A stretch of DNA of 32,000 nt from Candidatus Saccharimonadota bacterium (GTDB lineage Bacteria > Pseudomonadota > Alphaproteobacteria > Rickettsiales > Anaplasmataceae). The position numbers and the translations under genes were made by a program. The stretch spans positions 810,001-842,000 of the forward strand of contig NZ_CP046580.1 in the NCBI RefSeq assembly GCF_013365495.1. The letters run 5' to 3'. Below are positions 1 to 9,576 of the stretch, piece after piece. Each line of letters begins with the position of its first letter. Positions within the stretch are counted from its first letter, which is position 1. Under the pieces are notes generated by a model. That model worked only from the letters and a program-made list of their open reading frames with translations. It was not told where the DNA came from and made no database searches.

Positions 1-3000
1 TAGCCTGTCTTCTAGTTTCCTGAACAAGCCTTACAATATCCCTCGCAACTCCTTCTAAAACTAATGCATTATTTAGCTCAGTATTTAAAACAACAACTCC
101 CTTACCATCATCAAATACAGCGGAATATTCACTATCTATCTTTAGCAATAGCTCATATTCACCCCTTTCTATAACATAGCTTTCTGACTCATCCCCTAAA
201 AATATTTGCTCATCTTCAATTTGCCTCCATTTTTTCTCTTTAACATACTGAATCAGCTTCTTTATTTTACTTGGAATTTTCTTTCCAAGCAGTGAAAAAT
301 TTAATTTTAACTCTAATGATGCAACATCCTCAAGTCTATTTACCAATTTCAAGCTTTTGATATTCACTTCATCCTTTATCATCTCCTGATAGCCATCTTC
401 AAGAAAACCACAAAAAAATTTATGATAAATGATCATACTGCTAAGTGGCTGCCTAATACGTATATTAAAAGTATTTCTAATAGAAAAAGCAGCATTACAT
501 AACTCTCTCACTAAATCCATTTTAGCGATAAGTTTATTATCGTAACTCTCTAACCGTGGAAAACTAGCCAAATGAACAGATATTTCTTCATACTTAAGCC
601 CTTGCCATATAGTCTCCGTTATAAGCGGCAATAAAGGAGCTGCAGCTTTTAATATATAATAAAAGATCGTATACAGAACATTATAAGCATCAAGTTTATC
701 CTGATCTAAAGTACTTTTCCAAAAACGTTTACGACTGCGACGAATATACCAATTATTTAATACTTCAAAAAAATCCATCAGAACTTTACAAGCTCCTTGA
801 GAATTATAATTGTTCATAAAAGTTTGTATACTTTCTACAGTCTTGAAACATTTAGAGATTATGTAACAATCAATAATACTTTGATAATCTTTGCAAATCT
901 CAGCCTTAATTTCATCTACATTTGCATACATAGTAAAAAAATGATAACTACTCCAAATAGGTTTTACCACGTTCCTTAAAATATCTCGTATTACATTCCC
1001 TTTTTTATCAAACAATAAATTACCACCACAAACAGTAGAGCTAGACAACATAAGAAAACGTAGTGCGTCAGAACCATACTTATCAAAAACCTCCATAGGA
1101 TCCATATAATTATTTAAACGCTTAGATAACTTACGCCCTTTAATATCAAGAATTACACCGTGACATATACAGTTCCTAAATGGTTCACTATCAAATAAAG
1201 CAGTAGATAACACAAAAAGTGTATAAAACCACCCTCTTGTTTGTGCTATATATTCGGTAATAAAATCCGCAGGAAAATTACATTCAAACCACCTCTTATT
1301 TTCAAATGGATAGTGTACTTGTGCAAACGGCACCGAACCAGACTCAAACCAGCAGTCAAACACATCAGATACACGGCGCATAACTGATTTCTCTGTTGGA
1401 TCATCAGGATTTGGTCTTGTCAAAGAATCAATAAATGGTCTATGCAAATCATCTACTTTCACATTAAAATCCCGCTCTAGTTCCTCTATTGAACCATATA
1501 CATCCACTCTTGGATACCTTGCATCATCAGATTTCCATATAGGAATTGGTGTACCCCAAAATCGATTGCGCGAAATTGACCAATCATGTGCCCCTTCAAG
1601 CCACTTCCCAAATCGACCATCTCTTATATGATTTGGTATCCAATTAATTCTTTTATTTAACTCCACCATCCTTTTTTTTAATTTTGTCACAGCAACATAC
1701 CAGGAAGACATAGTGCGATAGATCAAAGGAGTATCAGTTCTCCAACAGTGGGGATAGCTATGAGTATATTCCTCAGTTCTAAACCAGTTCCCTTGTTCTT
1801 TCAACTTCCTTATTACTACATCACTAGCATCAAAAACATGAACTCCAGCTAAATCTGAAACTTCAATAGTAAATTTACCACTACTATCAATTGGACAAAT
1901 GGCTGGAATATTATTATCTTGACAAAGATAAAAATCTTCTTCACCAAATCCAGGAGCAACATGCACAACACCAGTACCATCTTCTGCTACAACATAATTA
2001 GCAACAAAAACACGAAATGCATTTTTCGTATTCTTAAAGTAATTAAATAATGGTTTATAAGAAAGACCTACAAGATCACTTGCTTTAAGTTTTATATTAC
2101 AGTTTTCATATACAAAATTATTTTTTTCACAATGATCAATAAACTTTTCTAGATAGCTTTTAGCAAAAATATACACCCCATTATCCTCTATTGTTATTCC
2201 AGAATTTTCTGTTATCTGAGCATTTTGAAACTGAGATTTAGGAACAGATTTCAGTGCAGGTTGAAATAACATCAATGAACGAATTAACACTGCACAATAC
2301 TCAATATCTTTTCCTATTGCTAAAGCTAAATTACTTGGCAAAGTCCAGGGAGTTGTAGTCCAAGCAAGTAACTTACATTTTTTACATTTCTGTTTAAACT
2401 GCTGTGGGTTCTCTAAAAGCTCAAATGCAACAGTTACAGCCTTGCTAGTTCTCTTTCTATATGCATTATCAAGCCTTGTTTCAAAATTAGACAATGGAGT
2501 TTCACATGCCCAGCTATATGGAACAACTCGTATTGATTCATACACTAAACCTCTATCATAAAGCTGCTTAAACGCCCACATAACTGACTCCATAAACGAT
2601 CTATCCATAGTCTTATAGCCATTATGAAAATCTACCCATCTAGCTTGCCTATTGACATATTTTTCCCACTTCAACATAAATTTCATTACAGAAGCCCGAC
2701 AGTAATTATTAAATTTTTCAATACCAAACTCCTCTATCTCAGTCCTACCAGATATTCCAAGCTCTTTTTCTGCACTCATTTCAGCCGGTAATCCATGACA
2801 ATCCCAACCAAATTTACGTTCAACCCTCTTTTGTAACATAGTTTGATACCTTGCAAAGGTATCTTTTATAAAACCAGTAAGCAGATGCCCATAATGAGGA
2901 AGTCCATTTGCAAATGGAGGTCCATCATAAAAGACAAAACAATTATCTTTAGAACGTTCTTCAACTGATCGTTCAAAAATTCTGTTTTCTTGCTCAAATT

Positions 3001-3064
3001 TTATAATTTTATTTTCTAATAAAGAAAAATCAGGACTACTAATTGTAGCAGGATAATGCTTCAT
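1..3064 (-). CDS. ileS: isoleucyl-tRNA synthetase (type 2 / eukaryote-like), C-terminal end cut by window edge
   Basis: Own minus-strand translation from the ATG at 3064..3062 gives MKHYPATISSPDFSLLENKIIKFEQENRIFERSVEERSKDNCFVFYDGPPFANGLPHYGHLLTGFIKD, where HYGH is the HIGH motif. A KMSKS-type motif, GRKLSKRLNNY, lies at about nt 1120-1140. I translated nt 1150..1 without meeting a stop. The track lists no minus-strand ORF here, which fits one ORF running off the window. Confidence 0.93.
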   Translation of the reverse strand, partial: MKHYPATISSPDFSLLENKIIKFEQENRIFERSVEERSKDNCFVFYDGPPFANGLPHYGHLLTGFIKDTFARYQTMLQKRVERKFGWDCHGLPAEMSAEKELGISGRTEIEEFGIEKFNNYCRASVMKFMLKWEKYVNRQARWVDFHNGYKTMDRSFMESVMWAFKQLYDRGLVYESIRVVPYSWACETPLSNFETRLDNAYRKRTSKAVTVAFELLENPQQFKQKCKKCKLLAWTTTPWTLPSNLALAIGKDIEYCAVLIRSLMLFQPALKSVPKSQFQNAQITENSGITIEDNGVYIFAKSYLEKFIDHCEKNNFVYENCNIKLKASDLVGLSYKPLFNYFKNTKNAFRVFVANYVVAEDGTGVVHVAPGFGEEDFYLCQDNNIPAICPIDSSGKFTIEVSDLAGVHVFDASDVVIRKLKEQGNWFRTEEYTHSYPHCWRTDTPLIYRTMSSWYVAVTKLKKRMVELNKRINWIPNHIRDGRFGKWLEGAHDWSISRNRFWGTPIPIWKSDDARYPRVDVYGSIEELERDFNVKVDDLHRPFIDSLTRPNPDDPTEKSVMRRVSDVFDCWFESGSVPFAQVHYPFENKRWFECNFPADFITEYIAQTRGWFYTLFVLSTALFDSEPFRNCICHGVILDIKGRKLSKRLNNYMDPMEVFDKYGSDALRFLMLSSSTVCGGNLLFDKKGNVIRDILRNVVKPIWSSYHFFTMYANVDEIKAEICKDYQSIIDCYIISKCFKTVESIQTFMNNYNSQGACKVLMDFFEVLNNWYIRRSRKRFWKSTLDQDKLDAYNVLYTIFYYILKAAAPLLPLITETIWQGLKYEEISVHLASFPRLESYDNKLIAKMDLVRELCNAAFSIRNTFNIRIRQPLSSMIIYHKFFCGFLEDGYQEMIKDEVNIKSLKLVNRLEDVASLELKLNFSLLGKKIPSKIKKLIQYVKEKKWRQIEDEQIFLGDESESYVIERGEYELLLKIDSEYSAVFDDGKGVVVLNTELNNALVLEGVARDIVRLVQETRRQA

Positions 3065-3383
3065 GCTAATTTTACCGATAAAACTTAAGAATATAAAGTT
3101 TTATAAAAAATTACAAATTTAAAAAGATATAAACCCTACCTTTATTAAAAAATAATTATATTTACTAAAGCAATAATAACAAAAATGAATCTTATTAAGA
3201 ATTTAATAACACTGATAAAACAGCAGTATAAATGATCTAATTTAAAACCTATTTTTATAAAAAAATTTCAGAAAATTAAACAACATTATAAATACAAAAA
3301 TAAAACGATTAATGGCCTAAGAAGTACTTTTATACAAAGTTTTTTACATTAAAACATAATATTTAAAGATTACGATTATACTT

Positions 3384-3410
3384 TAAATGCTAAGAATAAT
3401 AAGGAACAAA
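3384..3410 (+). repeat. 27-nt exact copy of an internal segment of the ankyrin gene (partner 11342..11368)
   Basis: taaatgctaagaataataaggaacaaa is identical at both loci. In the ankyrin gene it encodes (I)NAKNNKEQ, at the start of the third TPL-type ankyrin repeat. The flanks do not match. Confidence 0.9.
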
Positions 3411-3487
3411 TAAAGTACTTTCTTTAAATTTTATAGAAATACTTGACTCAATTCAAAAATAACTTCTTAATAAAAAAAGACAAAAAG

Positions 3488-4822
3488 CTAACTCTTAGAG
3501 CATACACCTAATAAACTATTTTGCCAAGCTTCTAGTATTTTCACATTTACTATTTTATCTCTATACTTATCTTCAGGATCATGAACACACACTGACTGCA
3601 TATATGGACTTTTACCAATAATTTGCTTTTGGTACTTACCCTGCTTATTAGTAAACAGAACAGGTATAACTTTACCAACCATACTTCGATTAAACTCAAG
3701 CTGTTGCTTATTAATTAACTTTTGTAAATAAAAAAGACGTTCTGCTTTAATTTCCTCTGGCACTTGATCTTTCTTCTCTGCTCCAGGCGTACCTGGTCTT
3801 GGACTATATTTAAAACCATAAGCCTGAACATACTTCACTTTTTCCACTAATTTTATAGTTTCTTCAAAATCTTTCTCTGTTTCTCCAGGAAAACCAACAA
3901 TAAAATCAGAAGAAAATTCAATTTTTGTTTTTAATGTACGAAACTTATTTATTATTTCTAAATATTCCTCTACAGTATATTTCCTATTCATCGCACGCAA
4001 TATTTTATTTGAACCTGATTGCACAGGTAAATGAATAAATGGCATAAGCTTTGGCTCTTCCGCATGTGCCAAGTAAAGAGATTCGTGCATATCTCTTGGA
4101 TGAGAAGTAGTATAGCGAATTCTTTTTAGCTTTTCAAGTTTAGCAATATAACGAATTAACTTTCCTAAATCCCACACCTCCCCTTCACATTTTCCATGAT
4201 AAGCATTGACATTTTGACCAAGTAAATTAATTTCCTTAGTTCCATTTGCAACTAATTTTAGCGCTTCACGAAATATTTTATTCACTGGCCGTGAATACTC
4301 AGCACCACGAGTATAGGGCACTACACAAAACGTACAAAATTTATCACAACCTTCTTGTATAGAAAGAAATGCGGAAGACCCTTGATGATTACCATAACAT
4401 TCACTTGGCAACTTATCAAACTTTGTAATTTCAGGAAAATCAGTGTTTATTACATATCCTTTACTTCTACCTGCCTTAACTATTAACTCTGGCAAAGTAG
4501 CAATATCCTGGGGACCAACAACAGCATATACAAATGGAGCTCTTTTAAAGACTTCTTTCCCTTCTGCTTGCGCTACACATCCAGCTACTACTATAATTAC
4601 TTCCTTATTATTATTCTTCCGCAATGAGTTAACCATTCCAAGCTCCGAATAAAGCTTTTCTGTTGCTTTCTCTCTGATGTGACAAGTATTTAGTATCACT
4701 AAATCAGCCTCTTCTATATTGCTAACAATACTAAACCCTAAAGGCTTAATTATATTTTCCATTAAAATGGAGTCATAAACATTCATCTGACAACCATAAG
4801 TTTTGATATACAAACCCTTCAT
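3488..4822 (-). CDS. miaB: tRNA-2-methylthio-N6-dimethylallyladenosine synthase (radical SAM methylthiotransferase)
   Basis: 444-aa ORF. The N-terminus [18 protein letters not shown] is the MiaB UPF0004 signature, [11 protein letters not shown] is the radical-SAM CxxxCxxC motif, and a C-terminal TRAM-like region is present. Confidence 0.93.
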   Translation of the reverse strand: MKGLYIKTYGCQMNVYDSILMENIIKPLGFSIVSNIEEADLVILNTCHIREKATEKLYSELGMVNSLRKNNNKEVIIVVAGCVAQAEGKEVFKRAPFVYAVVGPQDIATLPELIVKAGRSKGYVINTDFPEITKFDKLPSECYGNHQGSSAFLSIQEGCDKFCTFCVVPYTRGAEYSRPVNKIFREALKLVANGTKEINLLGQNVNAYHGKCEGEVWDLGKLIRYIAKLEKLKRIRYTTSHPRDMHESLYLAHAEEPKLMPFIHLPVQSGSNKILRAMNRKYTVEEYLEIINKFRTLKTKIEFSSDFIVGFPGETEKDFEETIKLVEKVKYVQAYGFKYSPRPGTPGAEKKDQVPEEIKAERLFYLQKLINKQQLEFNRSMVGKVIPVLFTNKQGKYQKQIIGKSPYMQSVCVHDPEDKYRDKIVNVKILEAWQNSLLGVCSKS

Positions 4823-5059
4823 ATTATATATTTCTTACAATTAAGATATCACATTAATAGTATATGAAATACAAAACATACATTATAATTTGCATACTTA
4901 CCAAGTAGTCAACACCATAATCATGAGCTATAGTTATACAATAAAAACTTAACTTCAATATTAATTATTATATAATATCATTTTCAATACCATTTCACAA
5001 TAAATTATTAAGAAAAATAGTTTCAATACATAATGAAGAATATATTTATTAAATACAAT

Positions 5060-5097
5060 AAATGTCATACATAAATGAAAATGTCATACATAAATGA
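5060..5097. repeat. perfect 19-bp x2 tandem repeat (aaatgtcatacataaatga)
   Basis: Copy 1 at 5060..5078 and copy 2 at 5079..5097 are identical base for base. The repeat lies in the divergent miaB/gltX spacer. Confidence 0.95.
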
Positions 5098-5506
5098 CTT
5101 AACATTTAAGAAATTACTATAACAAAAACCATTCAAGTACCATCTATTTTAGCAATAAAATTTTTCTTATTAAAATACTCATCAGTATATTTCATCTCTC
5201 ATAGACAAAACTTTGAAAATTTAATAAAATCTATAAAAACACGATTCTATCATGAGTTCTATAATAAAAAAATTAAATACTAAGAGATATTAGCTTTTAA
5301 CACCTTTATCTTTACAATGTTAGATCATAAAATACTTTCACCATATATTGTAACAAAGAAAATTGATAAGATCTGTTAAATAATTTTATGCCTTTTCCCC
5401 TATTACTACTTAAATTTTTACAAACAAAAGTTCATGAAAACTTTAATTGCTTATTTGCTTTCACTATAATACTTATATAAAATTTTTAAAAAGCTAAGAT
5501 AACACA

Positions 5507-6853
5507 ATGTTAACAAGATTTGCACCAAGCCCAACAGGTTATCTTCATGTAGGAAATATTCGCACTGCACTCATATCTTGGATGTATACACGTAGTCAAA
5601 ATGGCAAATTTCTACTTCGCTTCGACGATACTGATTTTCAGCGCTCAAATACCAAATACATAAATAGCATCATACAAGACTTACAATGGGTTAGCATAGA
5701 CTGGGATTCAAACTTTAAGCAATCAGAACGCTTTGAGCGCTACAACGAGGTATTTTTAAACTTGGTAAAAGAAGGACATATTTATCCATGCTATGAAACA
5801 AGAGAAGAACTAAATATCAAACGTAAAATACAGCTAAAACAAGGACTTCCACCTGTTTATAACAGAGATGCATTACTTCTCACTGAGCAAAAAAAAGCTC
5901 ATTATGAACAAGAAGGAAGAAAACCATATTTTAGATTTAAGTTAGATAGAAATAAAATCGTTAAATGGGATGATGAAGTTAAAGGCAAAATAAACATTGT
6001 AACTAGCCACATTAGTGATCCTGTAGTAAAAAGAGAAAACGGAGTTTACACATATATGCTACCTTCTGTTATTGATGATTCTGATTTTAATATAACACAT
6101 ATCATACGGGGAGAAGACCATATAACCAACACTGCAGCACAAATACAAATGATACTAACATTAAAAACAAAAGTTCCTACATTTGCTCACCTTTCTCTAC
6201 TACATTTTAATAAAAGTAAAATATCAAAGCGAAAAGGTGAATTAAATATTAGATCTATAAAAAAAGATGGAATTGAACCAATTTCACTTGCTAATTACTT
6301 AGCAAAGCTTGGAACAGCAAACTTTACCAAAGTTCATACTAACATGCAATCTTTAATTAACTCATTTAATATTAAAAAATTTAGCTCAGCATCTGTTCAA
6401 TTTAGTTTAAACGAAGTATACAAGCTCAATAGAAAAGTTCTACAACAGATACCATTTAAAACGGTAAAAAAACGTCTAAATCAAGTTAAAGTAAACTCTT
6501 CAGAGTTTTGGTATTTCATAAGAAATAATATAGAAAAATTTTCTGAAGTAGCAAAGTGGTGGAAAATATGTAAATTTAATATAGAACCTGTAATCTTTGA
6601 TAAAGAATTTATAAAAATAGCGCTTAACACGTTACCACAAGGTGACTGTAATGAAAATACATTATCAGAATGGATTAAAGCTATTCAGCAAGTAGTAGTA
6701 AATACAAAAACAAAAGACTTACTTATGCAGCTGCGTTTAGCCTTAACAGGCAAAAAAACAGGCCCAGAACTTGCTAAATTATTAATTTTTATTGGCAGAG
6801 AAAACATCACTACAAGATTAAAAGAAAAGCAAGTAGTACAAAAAAAATTATAG
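5507..6853 (+). CDS. gltX: glutamyl-tRNA synthetase
   Basis: 448-aa [25 protein letters not shown] carries the class I HIGH region (HVGN), and SKISKRKG is a KMSKS-type motif. A TATAAT hexamer sits at 5465..5470, 37 nt upstream of the ATG. Confidence 0.92.
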   Translation: MLTRFAPSPTGYLHVGNIRTALISWMYTRSQNGKFLLRFDDTDFQRSNTKYINSIIQDLQWVSIDWDSNFKQSERFERYNEVFLNLVKEGHIYPCYETREELNIKRKIQLKQGLPPVYNRDALLLTEQKKAHYEQEGRKPYFRFKLDRNKIVKWDDEVKGKINIVTSHISDPVVKRENGVYTYMLPSVIDDSDFNITHIIRGEDHITNTAAQIQMILTLKTKVPTFAHLSLLHFNKSKISKRKGELNIRSIKKDGIEPISLANYLAKLGTANFTKVHTNMQSLINSFNIKKFSSASVQFSLNEVYKLNRKVLQQIPFKTVKKRLNQVKVNSSEFWYFIRNNIEKFSEVAKWWKICKFNIEPVIFDKEFIKIALNTLPQGDCNENTLSEWIKAIQQVVVNTKTKDLLMQLRLALTGKKTGPELAKLLIFIGRENITTRLKEKQVVQKKL

Positions 6854-7262
6854 AAAAATATTAAAATTTTTAGAGCAGCTAGGGCTGTAACAAGACTTCA
6901 TTATAATAGGTATCTTAAAGTAAATATAAATACAGCTTATTTTCTTCACCAACTATTATAAATATAAAATCTCAAAATCCATACAGAAATACATTTGTAA
7001 AGTAAAGTTATCACTAACAAATAAGCTCTAAAAAGAATATCTCATCTAAAAATGGAATTAAGTATAAGAATACATAATACATGAAAACTTGCTAAAAATA
7101 GTTAATAACAAATCTGTAATATATTATTACTACGTCATTGCCCTTTAAATAGAATGAATGATCAACAAAATAAAAAAGCATAAATTACTAAATATTAAAA
7201 AAATAATCATTAAATTTAAAATAAGTCATATTTTTAAAAATTATATTTATTATATCATATAC

Positions 7263-7288
7263 TAAGAAGTAGTATATCTTACTTCTTA
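7263..7288. other. stem-loop (9-bp perfect stem taagaagta/tacttctta, 8-nt loop) in the convergent gltX/pyrC spacer
   Basis: Inverted repeat read directly: arms at 7263..7271 and 7280..7288. No U-run follows on either strand, so it is not a classical terminator. Confidence 0.4.
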
Positions 7289-7849
7289 ATAAAGAAAAGA
7301 TGATACTTATAAGTAAAAAAAACTATAAATAAACCACAAAACAAGTTCTCATTAAAATTTAAAAAAATAATTTGTGTCATTACAGAAAATATAATTTAGA
7401 TATCAAAAATAAAAATTTCTATAATTGATTTATTATATCACATTTTAAGTCACTATTTCAGTACTTAATTAAACAAAAACTTAACCAAGAAAATTCTGAA
7501 TCCTGATAAAATAAATTTTATCTTTCTATAGGTAGATCTAACTCATTCAAAATATATAATTCTACAAAGATTAACCATCCACAAATTCAATAAATGCATT
7601 TATTGAATAATACAAATTCAAATGTAAACAATTAATAAAATATTTTTTCATAAAATCTAATAACAAAATCTATTAAAGAATATCAAAAAAACTCTACCAA
7701 TAAAAATTAAAGCTAAATTAATCACACATATAGTAAATATCAAACTTTACTATAATGTTTTATACTTTTAATAAAAATGCTAAGCTCGAAAAAATCACAA
7801 GTCACAGAAAATAAAAATTTTATATAACACCAACTATCCTTCTATACAA

Positions 7850-9181
7850 TTATTCACATAAGTAAACGGTTTTGCCTGATACAATAGTACGTACCACACG
7901 ACCCTTTACTTTACGTTCATTAAAAGGAGAATTCTTTGATTTACTAGCAAAATTATCAATTTTAATTGTCCACTCATAATTTAAGTCAACCAAAATTAAA
8001 TCAGCAATAAGATTTTTTTGTATACGACCGCGTGGTATATGTATTATATCAGCAGCTTTATATGTAAGCTTTGCCAACACATCAAACAAACTCATTTGCC
8101 CACTATGATAAAGTTCAAGTGAAAGAGGCAGCATTGTTTCAAGGCCAACAATACCAAATGCAGCGTCTTCTAATGGTAAATTTTTGGAATCACAATCATG
8201 CGGAGCATGATCAGTTGCAATACAATCAATCACACCCGTCTTCAAACCTTCAATCATAGCTAAACGATCACCTTCAGTACGAAGGGGAGGATTTACTTTT
8301 GCAAGTGCTCCATATTTTCTCACTATATCTTCAGTTAAAGTAAAATGATGAGGAGTTACCTCACATGTAACATTTAATCCTAAACCTTTTGCATGTTTAA
8401 TAGCATCAAGAGAATCTTTTGAAGAAACATGCAAAATATGATAGTGCACATTTTTTATATCTTTCATAAGCAATATATCACGACTTACTATAACTGATTC
8501 TGATGCACTTAAAATTCCTTTCACTCCTAATTCTTCAGAAATCTTACCTGCATTAATCACACCACCACCGGATAAATTTAAATCTTCTGCATGTTGAGCA
8601 ATAGGAACATTTAACATACTTGAATAAAGCAATGCTTGTCTCATAATCATTGAATTCATAACTGGCATACCATCATCAGTAAACCCAACTGCACCTGCTT
8701 CTTTTAAAAGCGCCATTTCAGTTAACCTTTCTTCCGAAGTAGTAATTTTACCGTAAAATTCAACATTTACATGCGAAGTCTCAAGCGCTCTATATTTCAA
8801 ATATTTAGCCAAAACAACATTATCTACTGCTGGAATAGTATTAGGCTGACAAACTACAGTTGTCACACCTCCAGCAGCCGCAGATTTACTACCTGTATAT
8901 ATAGATTCTTTATGCTCTTGCCCTGGTTCACGAAAATGTACATGAATATCAATAAGACCAGGCATTAAAACAAGTCCTTTACAATCTATCATCTCGTCAA
9001 TTCCACTTGGAACTCTATCTAAAAATAATGACTTACTAAAATCAACAATCTTACTTCCTTCAGTTAGCAATGAACCTTTTATATCAAGTCTGCTCTCTGG
9101 ATCAATAATACGAGCATTTGTATATACTACCTTATAACTCTCTTTTTGTCCTACCTGTAATAAACTCCAAGTTTTAGCCAT
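7850..9181 (-). CDS. pyrC: dihydroorotase
   Basis: Contains the metal-binding motif DIHVHFREPG, plus ATDHAPH and an amidohydrolase-fold sequence. I place the start at the ATG at 9181..9179 (MAKTWSLLQ...). The track ORF extends to 9244 only through a TTG codon and adds 21 non-conserved-looking residues. Confidence 0.9.
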   Translation of the reverse strand: MAKTWSLLQVGQKESYKVVYTNARIIDPESRLDIKGSLLTEGSKIVDFSKSLFLDRVPSGIDEMIDCKGLVLMPGLIDIHVHFREPGQEHKESIYTGSKSAAAGGVTTVVCQPNTIPAVDNVVLAKYLKYRALETSHVNVEFYGKITTSEERLTEMALLKEAGAVGFTDDGMPVMNSMIMRQALLYSSMLNVPIAQHAEDLNLSGGGVINAGKISEELGVKGILSASESVIVSRDILLMKDIKNVHYHILHVSSKDSLDAIKHAKGLGLNVTCEVTPHHFTLTEDIVRKYGALAKVNPPLRTEGDRLAMIEGLKTGVIDCIATDHAPHDCDSKNLPLEDAAFGIVGLETMLPLSLELYHSGQMSLFDVLAKLTYKAADIIHIPRGRIQKNLIADLILVDLNYEWTIKIDNFASKSKNSPFNERKVKGRVVRTIVSGKTVYLCE

Positions 9182-9390
9182 AAATAATATATGATAACTA
9201 TTATTAAATTCAAGTTTTAAAAAAAACAACCTATTAAAATACAAGTCATAGATATAAAAAAGATTTATCTTTACTTTTAACCTTTTAAAATAACTTCAAA
9301 CTAAAATCAATTGCGATTTACTTGGCAAATTTATTCTTTTTTAAGATTAAAAGGCTTAAATAAGCGGTAAATGTAAAGGAGGTTTAAGTC

Positions 9391-9486
9391 ATGATAATAA
9401 TTTTTTTTAATAAAAAAATTTTTCCTTTCCATCTTATTTTAATTTTACACCATCTTATTTTAATTTTACATACAACACTTAGCTAG
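9391..9486 (+). CDS. hypothetical 31-aa hydrophobic small ORF / leader peptide (MIIIFFNKKIFPFHLILILHHLILILHTTLS)
   Basis: AGGAGG at 9377..9382 lies 8 nt before the ATG at 9391. It is the only AGGAGG I found correctly spaced before a start codon. The ORF reads in frame through the 21-bp x2 repeat, each copy encoding HLILILH. It ends at TAG 9484..9486, 90 nt before the ankyrin gene ATG. It is too short for statistical support. Confidence 0.25.
   Translation: MIIIFFNKKIFPFHLILILHHLILILHTTLS
9429..9470. repeat. perfect 21-bp x2 tandem repeat (ccatcttattttaattttaca)
   Basis: Copy 1 at 9429..9449 and copy 2 at 9450..9470 are identical. The unit length is 7 codons. Confidence 0.95.
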
Positions 9487-9576
9487 TTTCGAATCTAATT
9501 CAACTACTTATTACTAATTTTAACAAAATAAACTTTTCTGTATTCACAATAAAATAATTCTAATATTAAAGGTCAC

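Noticed and set aside
797-979. 60-aa + strand ORF inside the ileS region
   Set aside because: It lies entirely antisense to the well-supported ileS reading frame, has a low-complexity sequence and has no start context. It is a shadow ORF.
4443-4652. Antisense ORFs within known genes (4443..4652, 8071..8259, 8771..8968, 10566..10763, 12478..12780, 12777..13022, 13431..13649, 16738..16935, 17824..18339, 18798..19070, 23205..23432, 26327..26659)
   Set aside because: Each is fully contained in, or opposite to, a strongly supported conserved gene (miaB, pyrC, ankyrin gene, sdhA, glmS, era, mtaB, czcD). Their translations show no recognisable motifs. They are typical shadow ORFs of the opposite-strand codon structure.
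5465-5470. Perfect TATAAT upstream of gltX, and similar TATAAT/TAATAT hexamers upstream of pyrB and the ankyrin gene, considered as promoter calls
   Set aside because: TATAAT-like hexamers are abundant by chance here, and none of these has a convincing -35 at 16-18 nt. This one is mentioned only as a note under gltX.
7199-7443. Possible degenerate ~165-bp duplication in the gltX/pyrC spacer (shared aaaaaaataat... and atttattatatca words)
   Set aside because: Only 11-14-nt AT-only words are shared, and the intervening sequence does not align convincingly. This is within chance expectation for AT-rich DNA.
9182-9244. 21-codon N-terminal extension of pyrC given in the ORF track
   Set aside because: The extension starts at a TTG, and its sequence (MYFNRLFFLKLEFNNSYHILF) does not look like dihydroorotase. 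The ATG at 9181 gives a normal N-terminus.
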